Assembly: GCA_965197745.1 (NCBI GenBank)
Contig: CBDANS010000007.1
Coordinates: 1,628,306 to 1,692,305 of the forward strand
Length of the DNA: 64,000 nucleotides
Origin: Opitutales bacterium
Lineage (GTDB): Bacteria; Verrucomicrobiota; Verrucomicrobiia; Opitutales; PNEW01
Direction: 5' to 3'
Part shown: positions 42,242-49,784 of the stretch, piece after piece
Numbering within the stretch: the first letter of the stretch is position 1
How the letters are laid out: each line of letters opens with the position of its first letter
Notes under the pieces: generated by a model
Told to the model about the DNA's origin: nothing
The model's input: the letters and a program-made list of their open reading frames with translations, nothing else
Databases searched by the model: none
Program-made: the position numbers and the translations under genes

Positions 42242-42373
42242 TACGTTTACAAATCGGTATATGATATTACGGACAGTGTCAGATTCAAGAGCAGCTTGTA
42301 CGTATGTTTCTTCCCTAGCAGAGTTTCGATTTGATCCAGCAGTGTCAATTAGATCAAGTCGCAGCACGTATCA
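42242..42373 (+). repeat. MITE-like element, short (internally deleted) copy
   Basis: Inserted between IRSD and NG. Homologous to 61390-61582 at both ends (..tacaaatcggtatatgatattacggacagtgtcagattcaagagc.. and ..cgatttgatccagcagtgtc..agatcaagtcgcagcacgta). Confidence 0.55.
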
Positions 42374-42407
42374 AACGGTTTGTAGCACAAACAGTGAGAG
42401 AAGTACT

Positions 42408-42434
42408 CCTCAACAAGCGATAGCGAGAATAACA
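42408..42434 (+). repeat. Short intragenic insert, type T3, 3' half only
   Basis: cctcaacaagcgatagcgagaataaca compares with cctcaacgagccaaagcgagaataaca in IS-A. The 5' half was removed by a deletion whose junction lies in a shared CTCAA microhomology. Confidence 0.6.
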
Positions 42435-42473
42435 AATGTCCATGGTGCGTCTTTTTATCTTCCACTGCGTAAC

Positions 42474-42511
42474 GTACCAAGGAGCGCAGTGACGACATAG
42501 CAAAACACTCA
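42474..42511 (+). repeat. Short intragenic insert, type T1 (38 nt, diverged copy)
   Basis: gtaccaaggagcgcagtgacgacatagcaaaacactca lies between ..PLRN and (C)LNQEWF. Confidence 0.7.
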
Positions 42512-42778
42512 TGCTTAAATCAAGAATGGTTCCTAAGCGTTACCGAAGGGCGTGTTGTTATTGAAGCGTGGAAGCAAAACTAAAATGCCCAATATCCTCA
42601 TAGTCGTTTAGGCTTCCTCTCTGCCAATGCTTTTGCCAAACTCTGGCACCAACTCGATCCTACAAGTGCTGGCTCCACGAGCCCTACGGCCTATCTTCGC
42701 CAGCATCTCTTAAACCAATTATAGATAACCCATCGAATGGCTCTCACTCAACTTGGGTGTAATTATGAAGTCCAATCA

Positions 42779-42985
42779 TTGGTACAAAGGATATGCGGAA
42801 AGCTTCAATAATCATTTAAGAACTGAGTGCCTTGAGCACAAGTTACTATACACCCTGACTGAATCCCACGTGGTAATCGAACAATGGCGTCATACCTACA
42901 ATCATGAACATTCCCACCGTCGTTTAGGCTTTAAAAGCCCACTAACGTTTGTCAGTTTCTTTTCCGATCCTGAAATTAGGTAATG
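42779..42985 (+). pseudogene. IS3-family transposase C-terminal fragment (third variant, uninterrupted at the T1 site)
   Basis: W YKGYAESFNNHLRTECLEHKLLYTLTESHVVIEQWRHTYNHEHSHRRLGFKSPLTF. It starts exactly at the SPW|QNG codon position, directly after the preceding IS end. Confidence 0.7.
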
Positions 42986-43837
42986 AAAGATGAATCAAGA
43001 ATACTTACTATTGATGTCGCAGACTCAATCTGTGATGCGTCGATTGCATTATCGAACCAGACAACAGATGTTAAAACAGATTCTTGGCATCATATTAAAG
43101 GTTCGGTTATATATGAAAAAATAGTAATCAGTTATCTGCGTGTTCTGCGATTTATACCCAATAGTAAATACTATAGTCCAATTGGTAAATTCAAAGTCTG
43201 GGACTTTTCATCAACAGCATCGATTACAAGAAGTATTATTGAAGCATACTTCTGTTTGTTTTACATATGCATTGAAAATGTAAGTAATAAAGAAAAAGAG
43301 AAGAGAAAGCTTCTTTGGCTATACCATGAGAAAAATGAGAGACACAAAATGCTTAAGATAGCTTTGCCCAATTCGAAATATGTTGGTAAATTATATGATA
43401 AAAAAGAACGTCTTAGAAAAAAATTAGTAACCCACACTTGGTTCCTGAAACTTAAACCAGGACGACAAGAAGAACTATTAAAAAAAGATGTAAGCAAATT
43501 GGATGGAAATATAGAGATATGCAAAAAAGCAGGAATCAATCAAAATTATTACCAACCAACCTTTAAGTTTCTATCAAATTTTGCACACACTTCACCATTT
43601 TCAATTTATCATATAGACTCAAAGTACATTACTGAAAAGAAAGCGAAGTTATTATTCGGCCACATTGCTAACATTGCATCTGGCTTCTCTGTGATTGCTC
43701 TAGAAGATTACGCTAAGCTCTTTCCAGAGCAATCCCTTGATAACTCAGAGATTAATGAATATATTAATATTTGGAGAGAAATAATGCAGTGGGAGAAGTC
43801 TGAATATTTTGATAAATCTGAGGTTGACTCTAATTGA
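42983..43837 (+). CDS. Hypothetical protein, DUF5677-like (AT-rich cargo gene)
   Basis: 284 aa, helical. Contains SITRSIIEAYFCLFYI (R-x3-E pattern shared with 38368 and 47679) and a downstream FLSNFAHTSPFS. Its ATG overlaps the stop of the preceding fragment (TAATG). Confidence 0.4.
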   Translation: MKDESRILTIDVADSICDASIALSNQTTDVKTDSWHHIKGSVIYEKIVISYLRVLRFIPNSKYYSPIGKFKVWDFSSTASITRSIIEAYFCLFYICIENVSNKEKEKRKLLWLYHEKNERHKMLKIALPNSKYVGKLYDKKERLRKKLVTHTWFLKLKPGRQEELLKKDVSKLDGNIEICKKAGINQNYYQPTFKFLSNFAHTSPFSIYHIDSKYITEKKAKLLFGHIANIASGFSVIALEDYAKLFPEQSLDNSEINEYINIWREIMQWEKSEYFDKSEVDSN

Positions 43838-44047
43838 TGAGCATGCTTGTCAATGCCTGGCCATAAAGGTATCGTGTTCGCTAAAAGCGAAGACGTGGTA
43901 CAAGTCCTAGTCGAAGCTATTGAAGAGTATGGCAGAGCCCAATGCATCCGCTCCGATAATGGTTCGCAGTTCGTAGCACAAAAAGTCACAGAAGCATTCC
44001 TCAAGAGCCAGATCGACATTATCTCCATCACCCTTGGTAGTCCTCGG
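43836..44047 (+). pseudogene. IS-B-lineage transposase internal fragment (from the DE-YTR position to GSP)
   Basis: DEHACQCLAIKV..SEDVVQVLVEAIEEYGRAQCIRSDNGSQFVAQKVTEAFLKSQIDIISITLGSP. Nucleotide homology to 48790-48990 (reverse strand). Confidence 0.7.
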
Positions 44048-44063
44048 TGGTTATGCCACTTAA

Positions 44064-44912
44064 TTATGCTACTTTAATAAATGTGAGATTCGGACCCATA
44101 TCGTAGTCACACAGTTCGAGGCACCACCCTTCAGAGCTCTGATTATATGGTTCCCTTGCTTTCATTCTTCTCTGAATAAAGGAAATATTATCCTCAGGTA
44201 TTTCGTCACAAAAGTAAACGGAGTTGATGCAATTTTCAATCTCGTAAATGTTGATGGTATGTGAATCTTCCATTGAACCTATTTGTATATTTAGTTTGTA
44301 GTAATCTCTATGTACACCAATAAAACAATATTTTGGAGTTATCGGTAGTAATACACCCTTCAGTTCGTTCTTGTTATGCTTTGACCCGAGCCAGATTGAT
44401 GGACAATCTGATGTAAGTAGTAATCCGTCTTCTGAAAATGGAATAATGGCAAAATCCCAATTTTCTTCTATATAGGCTCTAATTTCGCTGTCACTCGAAT
44501 TCGATAGTTCACTGCTGATAAGAGATTCCTTGAAGATTTGAATACGTTTAAGGTAGAATTGAAATTCCTCTTCTATCGTATTGAACTTAAATTTGAAATT
44601 TCTTGCATAGAAATCTACAGCACAGAGGAAAAAATGAAACATAGACTTCTTTGATACTACATTACCCCTCAATAAAGATGTCATACATGATCTATATTTA
44701 CTCTCTGTTACACCAAAATATTTTTCACATAGTTCAGCTCGCTTCTGAGAGTAGAAATAGTCTTTCTGGCATTGATTCCGCACTGGAACGTATTCAGCAG
44801 AATTTAAACCAACTCTCCAGATTCGGCACTTTTTTAGGTCTACACCTGGCGGTATTGCGAACTGCCTTAGGTATATAATTGGCAGGTAATGTTGTTTCTT
44901 GTATTTCGGCAA
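44064..44912 (-). CDS. DUF4238 domain protein
   Basis: The N-terminal KKQHYLPIIYLRQF matches the DUF4238 signature (HY.P..YL..F). AT-rich, 282 aa. Confidence 0.6.
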   Translation of the reverse strand: MPKYKKQHYLPIIYLRQFAIPPGVDLKKCRIWRVGLNSAEYVPVRNQCQKDYFYSQKRAELCEKYFGVTESKYRSCMTSLLRGNVVSKKSMFHFFLCAVDFYARNFKFKFNTIEEEFQFYLKRIQIFKESLISSELSNSSDSEIRAYIEENWDFAIIPFSEDGLLLTSDCPSIWLGSKHNKNELKGVLLPITPKYCFIGVHRDYYKLNIQIGSMEDSHTINIYEIENCINSVYFCDEIPEDNISFIQRRMKAREPYNQSSEGWCLELCDYDMGPNLTFIKVA

Positions 44913-45237
44913 ATGTATTTGATGTTATACTCCTAATGCGGACTCGCATGTATTAGGTGTGAGATTGATCGGACTGGTTGGACCCCGTATTTCGTACCAA
45001 TTTTTAAGTGAGAGAACTACCGGGTGTTAATGGTATTAGGATTGATGTATATGAGAGATCTTGGCGCAGTGAGGGCGTAGCCCGAACGCGGCCAGGATCT
45101 GAAAGGAATCAGACAAACTCTTGTGGGCTTTGAAAGCCTAATCGACTGTGAGGATGTTCATTGTTATAGGTCTGACGCCATTGTTCGATTAGAACTTGCG
45201 CTTCAGCCACGCTGAGCAACACTTCAGGGTTCAAACA

Positions 45238-45275
45238 TGAGCGCTTCGCTATGTCGTCACTACGTTCCTCGGTAC
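45238..45275 (-). repeat. Short intragenic insert, type T1 (38 nt)
   Basis: The gene strand reads gtaccgaggaacgtagtgacgacatagcgaagcgctca. It carries an in-frame TAG and shifts the frame. Confidence 0.85.
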
Positions 45276-45314
45276 ATCGCGTAAGCGGTTGTGAAACGAC
45301 TCGATGAAACCGTT

Positions 45315-45359
45315 TGTTATTCTCGCTTTGGCTCGTTGAGGTGTCGCTTCGCTCGGTAG
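45315..45359 (-). repeat. Short intragenic insert, type T3 (45 nt)
   Basis: The gene strand reads ctaccgagcgaagcgacacctcaacgagccaaagcgagaataaca, replacing the Gln codon of SPWQNG. It stays in frame and has no stop. Confidence 0.85.
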
Positions 45360-45437
45360 CCAGGGACTGCCTGGTTGGATATAGAGGGTTTTGATTTTCA
45401 TCGCTGTTAGCCAGGCTCTCAATTCCTTTTCAATGAA

Positions 45438-45471
45438 TGGCTTCGCATGTCGTCGCTTCGCTCCTCGGAAC
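45438..45471 (-). repeat. Short intragenic insert, type T2 (34 nt)
   Basis: The gene strand reads gttccgaggagcgaagcgacgacatgcgaagcca, between SDNGS and FIEK. Confidence 0.85.
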
Positions 45472-45597
45472 ACTGCCATTATCACTGTGGATATAGCTGG
45501 GAGCTCCCTCCTTTTCAATGGCCTCGCTAAGCACAGAGAGGACATCGGTTGAGGTGAGCTGTCGAGCTACCCGGATGCGTAAACATTTACGCGTATA

Positions 45598-45642
45598 TGT
45601 CTTCGCTTCGCTTGAGTGTCGTCGCTTTCAGCTCCTCGGTAC
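45598..45642 (-). repeat. Short intragenic insert, type T4 (45 nt)
   Basis: The gene strand reads gtaccgaggagctgaaagcgacgacactcaagcgaagcgaagaca, replacing the Glu codon of LIDEYTR. It contains an in-frame TGA. Confidence 0.85.
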
Positions 45643-46070
45643 ATCGATCAAGGTCATCATCTTTAGCATACCGCCATTGTCTGTACGATCATGGACAAAG
45701 TCCCAGGACCAGACGTGATTGCGACCGGTTGCTTTAGTAGGGAGCCCAGTAGAGATCCCCTGACGGTGTCTACGCTTTTTCGGGGGCTTTACCTGTAAGC
45801 CCGAAGAACGTCGCACTGCCTGTACAAATTTCCTGCTTGCCGCCCAACCTTCCTTCACCAGCAGGGCACGAATGCGCCGGTAACCGTAACGGGGATGTTC
45901 CCAGGACAAGGTCAAAATCCGCTCGGCCAATTGCTGAGCCTTCTTACTGGCCTGCTTGGGTCGGTAGCTGTACGTTGACCAACTGAGGCTGAGATAAGCA
46001 CAAGCCCTCCGAAACGAGCACAGCCCCTTCTCAGCCGCATCTTTTACTGCTCGCTTCTTCTGCTTTGGGC

Positions 46071-46337
46071 TCACCATTTTTTTGAGAGCGTTTCCTCCAA
46101 CACCCGAAGCTTGAGCATTTGATCAGCGAGCATCTTCTTCAGCTCCGTGTTCTCCTTTTCCAGTTCTTTAAATCGCTTCGCATCAGCCAGCTCCAAGTTG
46201 CCATACTTTTTGCGCCAGCGATAGAAGGTCTGTTCACTTAGGTTGTTGCCGTGGCAGACTTCCTGCACGGTTTTGCCCGTATCGGGCTGCCGGAGTATTG
46301 CTATGATCTGTTCTGTTGTATATCTTTTTCTTTTCAT
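46071..46337 (-). CDS. IS-A copy A orfA (HTH + leucine zipper)
   Basis: MKRKRYTTEQIIAILRQ...LSEQTFYRWRKKYG...KRFKELEKENTELKKMLADQMLKLRVLEETLSKKW. Start taken at the Met at 46337. Confidence 0.8.
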   Translation of the reverse strand: MKRKRYTTEQIIAILRQPDTGKTVQEVCHGNNLSEQTFYRWRKKYGNLELADAKRFKELEKENTELKKMLADQMLKLRVLEETLSKKW

Positions 46338-46402
46338 TGAGGTTATCTGTTTATCCCGATAACCTCTCTCTGTTAATGATACCATTTTTTGGGGTCACTC
46401 CA

Positions 46403-46991
46403 CAACCATTTCCCACCTTATTGACGTAGCCCATATGCGGGGCAAAGGGGGCCACGTCATGAGACGTGTAGGTCAACTCAAGAACGGACACTAGGACAAT
46501 CTCCCGAGCTCACTTCGAGCCGAAGCGGACAGCCGCGCAGAGTTTCGGCGACAAAACGTGGAGTTGCTCGACGATGAACCAGTTGAGGTGTTGGCCTTCT
46601 TAAGTCTTCCCACAAGGGATCACTGTGGAGGGAGCACCAGCACCCCTTTTGTGCGGCGCGCCGCCGCGCCGGGCGAGGAGGGGACACGCGAGCCGCAGCC
46701 TCGCTTCGATTTGTCGCAGCGGACGCGGGCAACTCCTTTTGTCCTGCGTCTTATGTGGCGTTTCGGCGAAGTCCCACACCACAACGGCGGGGGCTCTGCC
46801 CTCTGAGGGAAAAGCGTTGTGGTTGTCGAAATCATGTCCACCCCTCCCCGTCTGAAAGGGGACACCCATCTGACGGCATATGCGTGACCCCCGAAGACGG
46901 AAATCGTCGATCATTCCTGCCCCGGACAAGGCAGCCATGGCGTTCAACAGCGGTCCGGTGACTTCCGTTTTCCTACCCGCTGGGGGCACGT
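46403..46991. other. G+C-rich stretch without a credible ORF; possibly a decayed IS256/Mutator-type transposase 3' end
   Basis: All six frames give Arg/Pro/Gly-rich junk. The plus-frame peptide VELLDDEPVEVLAFLSLPTRDH resembles the ..ELLEE..EDVLAY..FP.EHW region of IS256-family transposases. Several long GC stems are present (for example ACCACAACG...CGTTGTGGT). Confidence 0.25.
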
Positions 46992-47516
46992 TTAGCCTCC
47001 TTGATCTTCTTGGTAATTTGCGAGGGAATCTTCGTACGCTTCGCGCCTCGTGTCCCACGGCACATCTGTGAACCCGTCGATGATGTTGAGGGAAAGTTGG
47101 GCTTCCGCCATGTACCCGCGACGTTCATTCTGGTTCGTCAGGATCAACTGAACCAAGCGAACGCGGTCTGGATAGCGAATCCACCCCTCAACCTCCCGGC
47201 GCAGCCAGTCAAGCCAGAGCCTTGGGGTCTCGTCAAGCGGTTCCTTTCGCATGAACGGCAGCGCCAACTGCCGATAGTCATGCCGGAAGCGCCAGACTGC
47301 AGCCAAAAGGTCGTGAGCATGCTGCAGTGTTCTGTGATCGAAACTATCAATCCTGCCCCATTCTCGGTGATCGGTATCGTCCAGAACAATTCGGGCAAAC
47401 TCCGCGTACAGGTTACATCGCGAAACAATGATCCCTTGTGCTTGTGGATACACGTCGTGTTGTTTCCCGGCCACTTCCATGTCCACGTCACCTTCAAAAA
47501 AGGACCCGACAATCAC
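46992..47516 (-). CDS. Hypothetical protein (174 aa), G+C-rich
   Basis: Balanced amino-acid composition, unlike the overlapping 290-aa plus-strand ORF. No family recognised. Contains RTLQHAH (weak R-x(4-6)-H resemblance only). Confidence 0.45.
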   Translation of the reverse strand: MIVGSFFEGDVDMEVAGKQHDVYPQAQGIIVSRCNLYAEFARIVLDDTDHREWGRIDSFDHRTLQHAHDLLAAVWRFRHDYRQLALPFMRKEPLDETPRLWLDWLRREVEGWIRYPDRVRLVQLILTNQNERRGYMAEAQLSLNIIDGFTDVPWDTRREAYEDSLANYQEDQGG

Positions 47517-47678
47517 TTGGTCTCTCCAGCAAATTTCGGCCGGTGGGTGCTATACCGCAAGCACTGCGACCGCCAATTGCGTTCCGCAATCGCCTCACCG
47601 GCGCGGAAGTGTCGGTCGATTACCATCTCTGCACACCCATATTACACAGTTGTTCGCGCGGCAGCTCTCTGTATAGGC

Positions 47679-48398
47679 TTATCGGAGCCCAACCTCCACC
47701 AACGTCCTCAGTCGTTGCTTCTCCTTGTGAATACGCTGTTCCTTTTCGCTTTCTCGACGGCCTTCGTTAAGTGTATGAACATGGCCAGCGCATTGCGCAC
47801 CAATTTCCAGCAATGCAATCAGATCGTTTCTTATCTGTTCATTATTGTGAATAACTGCTCCATATTCGTTTGACCATCCCATCCACACACTTCTTGCAGC
47901 CATATGAACCGAATCATTCCACCAATCCTTCTTTCCTCTCATCCAGCTCACGGTTGTTCTCATGATATTTTGCTTGTTCAGATCATTCCACATTCTATCT
48001 AGGCTTGGAGACTTCCTCTTACTTAACAGGGTCTTCCATGCCCTTGCCGCATCTCCAGAACTTCTAAACAAGAAATTTTCCGCATATTCTTCTTTCGCGA
48101 CGAATTCGAGCCAAATCCCTCTAGTGTAACTCTCAAACATCGGCCTCTTAGTCAATCCGAATAACAGTCCATCTTGCCGATTCTTCAAACTGGATCCTAG
48201 TAATTGTGCACCCAGGCTAGCTATTCTTATCGCTGCGTTGTATTGCAATATGGCTCCCATACCTTTCCAACCAATTGTTTCGACATATACTGATGGACGC
48301 TTCTTCGTACGCTCAACCCCGGCCTCCCAAGCCGAAAGATTACGAGAAACTTCACCTACTAATTCTTCCAGTCCCGGCTTAAGAGATTTTTCTTGCAT
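47679..48398 (-). CDS. Hypothetical protein, DUF5677-like
   Basis: 239 aa, helical. Contains LTKRPMFESYTRGIWLEFV (R-x3-E pattern) and a downstream WWNDSVHMAARS. Its start lies 24 bp from the IS-B right end. Confidence 0.45.
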   Translation of the reverse strand: MQEKSLKPGLEELVGEVSRNLSAWEAGVERTKKRPSVYVETIGWKGMGAILQYNAAIRIASLGAQLLGSSLKNRQDGLLFGLTKRPMFESYTRGIWLEFVAKEEYAENFLFRSSGDAARAWKTLLSKRKSPSLDRMWNDLNKQNIMRTTVSWMRGKKDWWNDSVHMAARSVWMGWSNEYGAVIHNNEQIRNDLIALLEIGAQCAGHVHTLNEGRRESEKEQRIHKEKQRLRTLVEVGLR

Positions 48399-48687
48399 GC
48401 TTGCTCTTCTCCAATCGAGTATGATTAGACCCCATAATTACTACCAAGTTAAGTGAGAGCCATTCCGTGGGTTATCTGTTGTTGGTTTAGCAGATGCTGG
48501 CGGAGGGAGGCCGGAGGCCGAGTGGAGCCAGCACCTGTTGGATTGAGTTGCTGCCAGAGTTTGGCAAAAGCGTTGGAGAGAGAAAGCCTAAACGACTATG
48601 AGGGTGATGGGTATTGTATTTTTGCTTCCCCGCATGGATGACAACACGCGCTTCGGTAACGCTTAGAAACCACTCTTGGTTTAAGCA

Positions 48688-48725
48688 TGAGTGCTTCGCT
48701 ATGTCGTCACTACGTTCCTCGGTAC
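48688..48725 (-). repeat. Short intragenic insert, type T1 (38 nt), in the IS-B lineage
   Basis: The gene strand reads gtaccgaggaacgtagtgacgacatagcgaagcactca, between HNRLRD and CLNQEWF. It matches the IS-A copies at 37 of 38 positions. Confidence 0.85.
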
Positions 48726-49653
48726 GTCACGCAGTCGATTGTGAAAGGATTCAACATGGCCGTTCTGCCAAGGACTGCCAGGGTCGATGTAGATAATGTC
48801 GATCTGGCGCTTGAGGAGTGCTTCTCTGACTTTTTGTGCTACGAACTCCGAACCGTTATCGGAGCGGATGCATTGGGGTCTGCCATACTCTTCAATAGCT
48901 TCGACTAAGACCTTGCACCACGTCTTCGCTTTTGAGCGAACGAGATACCTTTATGGCCAGGCATTGACGGGTATACTGATCGACACGGTGAGAATGCGGA
49001 AAGGGCGGCCGTTGACCAGCCGATCGCTCATAAAGTCCATCGACCAGCGTTCCTGGGCAGCTGAAGCCGCGGGCAGTGAGACCCGCCTTTGCGCGGCACG
49101 CTTCTTACGTTTCTTCGTGCGCACTTCCAGCCCTTCGGCCTTGTAGATCCGATAGACGCGTTTCTTTCCTACCGACCAGCCCTCCCGCTTTAATAACACC
49201 GTGATTCGCCTATACCCGTAGCGCACACGCGCGGCGGCGAGGTCTCGTATGCGCACAATCAGCGCGCGTTCGTCCCTCATCACCGGCTGATAGTTATAAC
49301 TCGACCAATACAACTGCATCAGCCTGTACGCCCGGCGTTTGCTAACTTCATAAGCTTCCACTAACCACTCAGCAATCACCTTCTTGCCCACTGGCTTTAC
49401 AACTTTTTTGAGATAACTTCCTGCACCATGTGCTTGTCCAGGCTCAGATCAGCGACCAGCTTCTTCAAACTGGCGTTCTCTTCGTCGAGTTGCTTCAGCC
49501 GTCTTAATTCACTGATTCCCATGCCCGTGTATTTACCCTTCCAACGGTGGTAGGTCTGTTCGCTCACCCCTAACTCCCGGCACCCTTCGGCGATCCTTCG
49601 ACCACCTTCTACCTGCCTTAGGGCATAGATGATTTGTTCTTTATTATAGCGTT

Positions 49654-49681
49654 TGTCAGGCCTTCTCGGCTGCGCCTCGTT
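49654..49681 (-). repeat. Possible additional short insert (T5, about 28 nt) in the orfA 5' end
   Basis: Absent from the homologous position of copy 2 (53550-53583). The gene strand reads aaacgaggcgcagccgagaaggcctgac. It shares only CGAGG/CCGAG/GAC elements with T1-T4. Confidence 0.4.
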
Positions 49682-49784
49682 TTCCTTTGCTTTTCATGGA
49701 TCGTTCTTTCTCCTATTTTTATTAGCTTTTCTACCCACGCCAGACTAAATCTTTCCTGGTCCAGTTTTACGGGGACAGGTCAAT

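Larger units (their letters stand above)
41610..42778 (+). mobile_element. Strongly decayed IS3-family copy (IS-B lineage) with internal deletions and nested inserts
   Basis: Recognisable pieces, in order: MKQKRCTTEE (orfA start), HYGYRRIHALL, NHVWS.DF, YIRSD, NG.FVAQTVRE, then the right end GGCTCTCACTCAACTTGGGTGTAATTATGAAGTCCAATCA, which is homologous to the IS-B right inverted repeat. Confidence 0.5.
45004..46077 (-). pseudogene. IS-A copy A orfB (rve/DDE transposase) pseudogene
   Basis: Readable segments: HPRYGYRRIRALL, NHVWSWDFVHD, MMTLID[T4]YTRKCL, YIHSDNGS[T2]FIEKELRAWL, GSPW[T3]NGFIESFHNRLRD[T1]CLNPEVLL. There is also a premature TGA in the tail. Confidence 0.8.
44966..46402 (-). mobile_element. 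IS3-family insertion sequence, lineage IS-A, copy A (transposase disrupted by four short inserts)
   Basis: Ends TGATCGGAC[tggttggac]CCCGTATTTCGTACCAATT... and ...AATGATACCATTTTTTGGGGTCACTCCA (imperfect inverted repeats of TG..GACCCC type). A7 slippery run at 46078-46084. Confidence 0.85.
48487..49697 (-). pseudogene. IS-B copy 1 transposase (orfAB) pseudogene
   Basis: orfA is ..KEQIIYALRQVEGGRRIAEGCRELGVSEQTYHRWKGKY..LKQLDEENASLKKLVADL. orfB has several frameshifts, a T1 insert, and an extra 28 nt directly after MKSKGK. Confidence 0.8.
48422..49782 (-). mobile_element. IS3-family (IS407-group-like) insertion sequence, lineage IS-B, copy 1
   Basis: Right end TGATTAGACCCCATAATTACTACCAAGTTAAGTGAGAG. 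The left end (reverse-complemented) reads TGACCTGTCCCCGTAAAACTGGACCAGGAAAG. Canonical A AAA AAG frameshift heptamer at 49403-49410. Confidence 0.85.

Noticed and set aside
46403-46991. The G+C-rich non-coding stretch considered as a group II intron or retron ncRNA
   Set aside because: There is no reverse-transcriptase ORF nearby, no recognisable domain V, and no a1/a2 repeat pair that I could identify. A decayed transposase remnant is the simpler reading, and it is retained only as a low-confidence finding.
47001-47873. A 290-aa plus-strand ORF overlapping the 174-aa minus-strand gene
   Set aside because: Its composition is antisense-like (Cys/Arg/Pro/Val-rich with no domain pattern) and it runs across the intergenic gap into the next gene. 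It is treated as a shadow ORF of a G+C-rich region.
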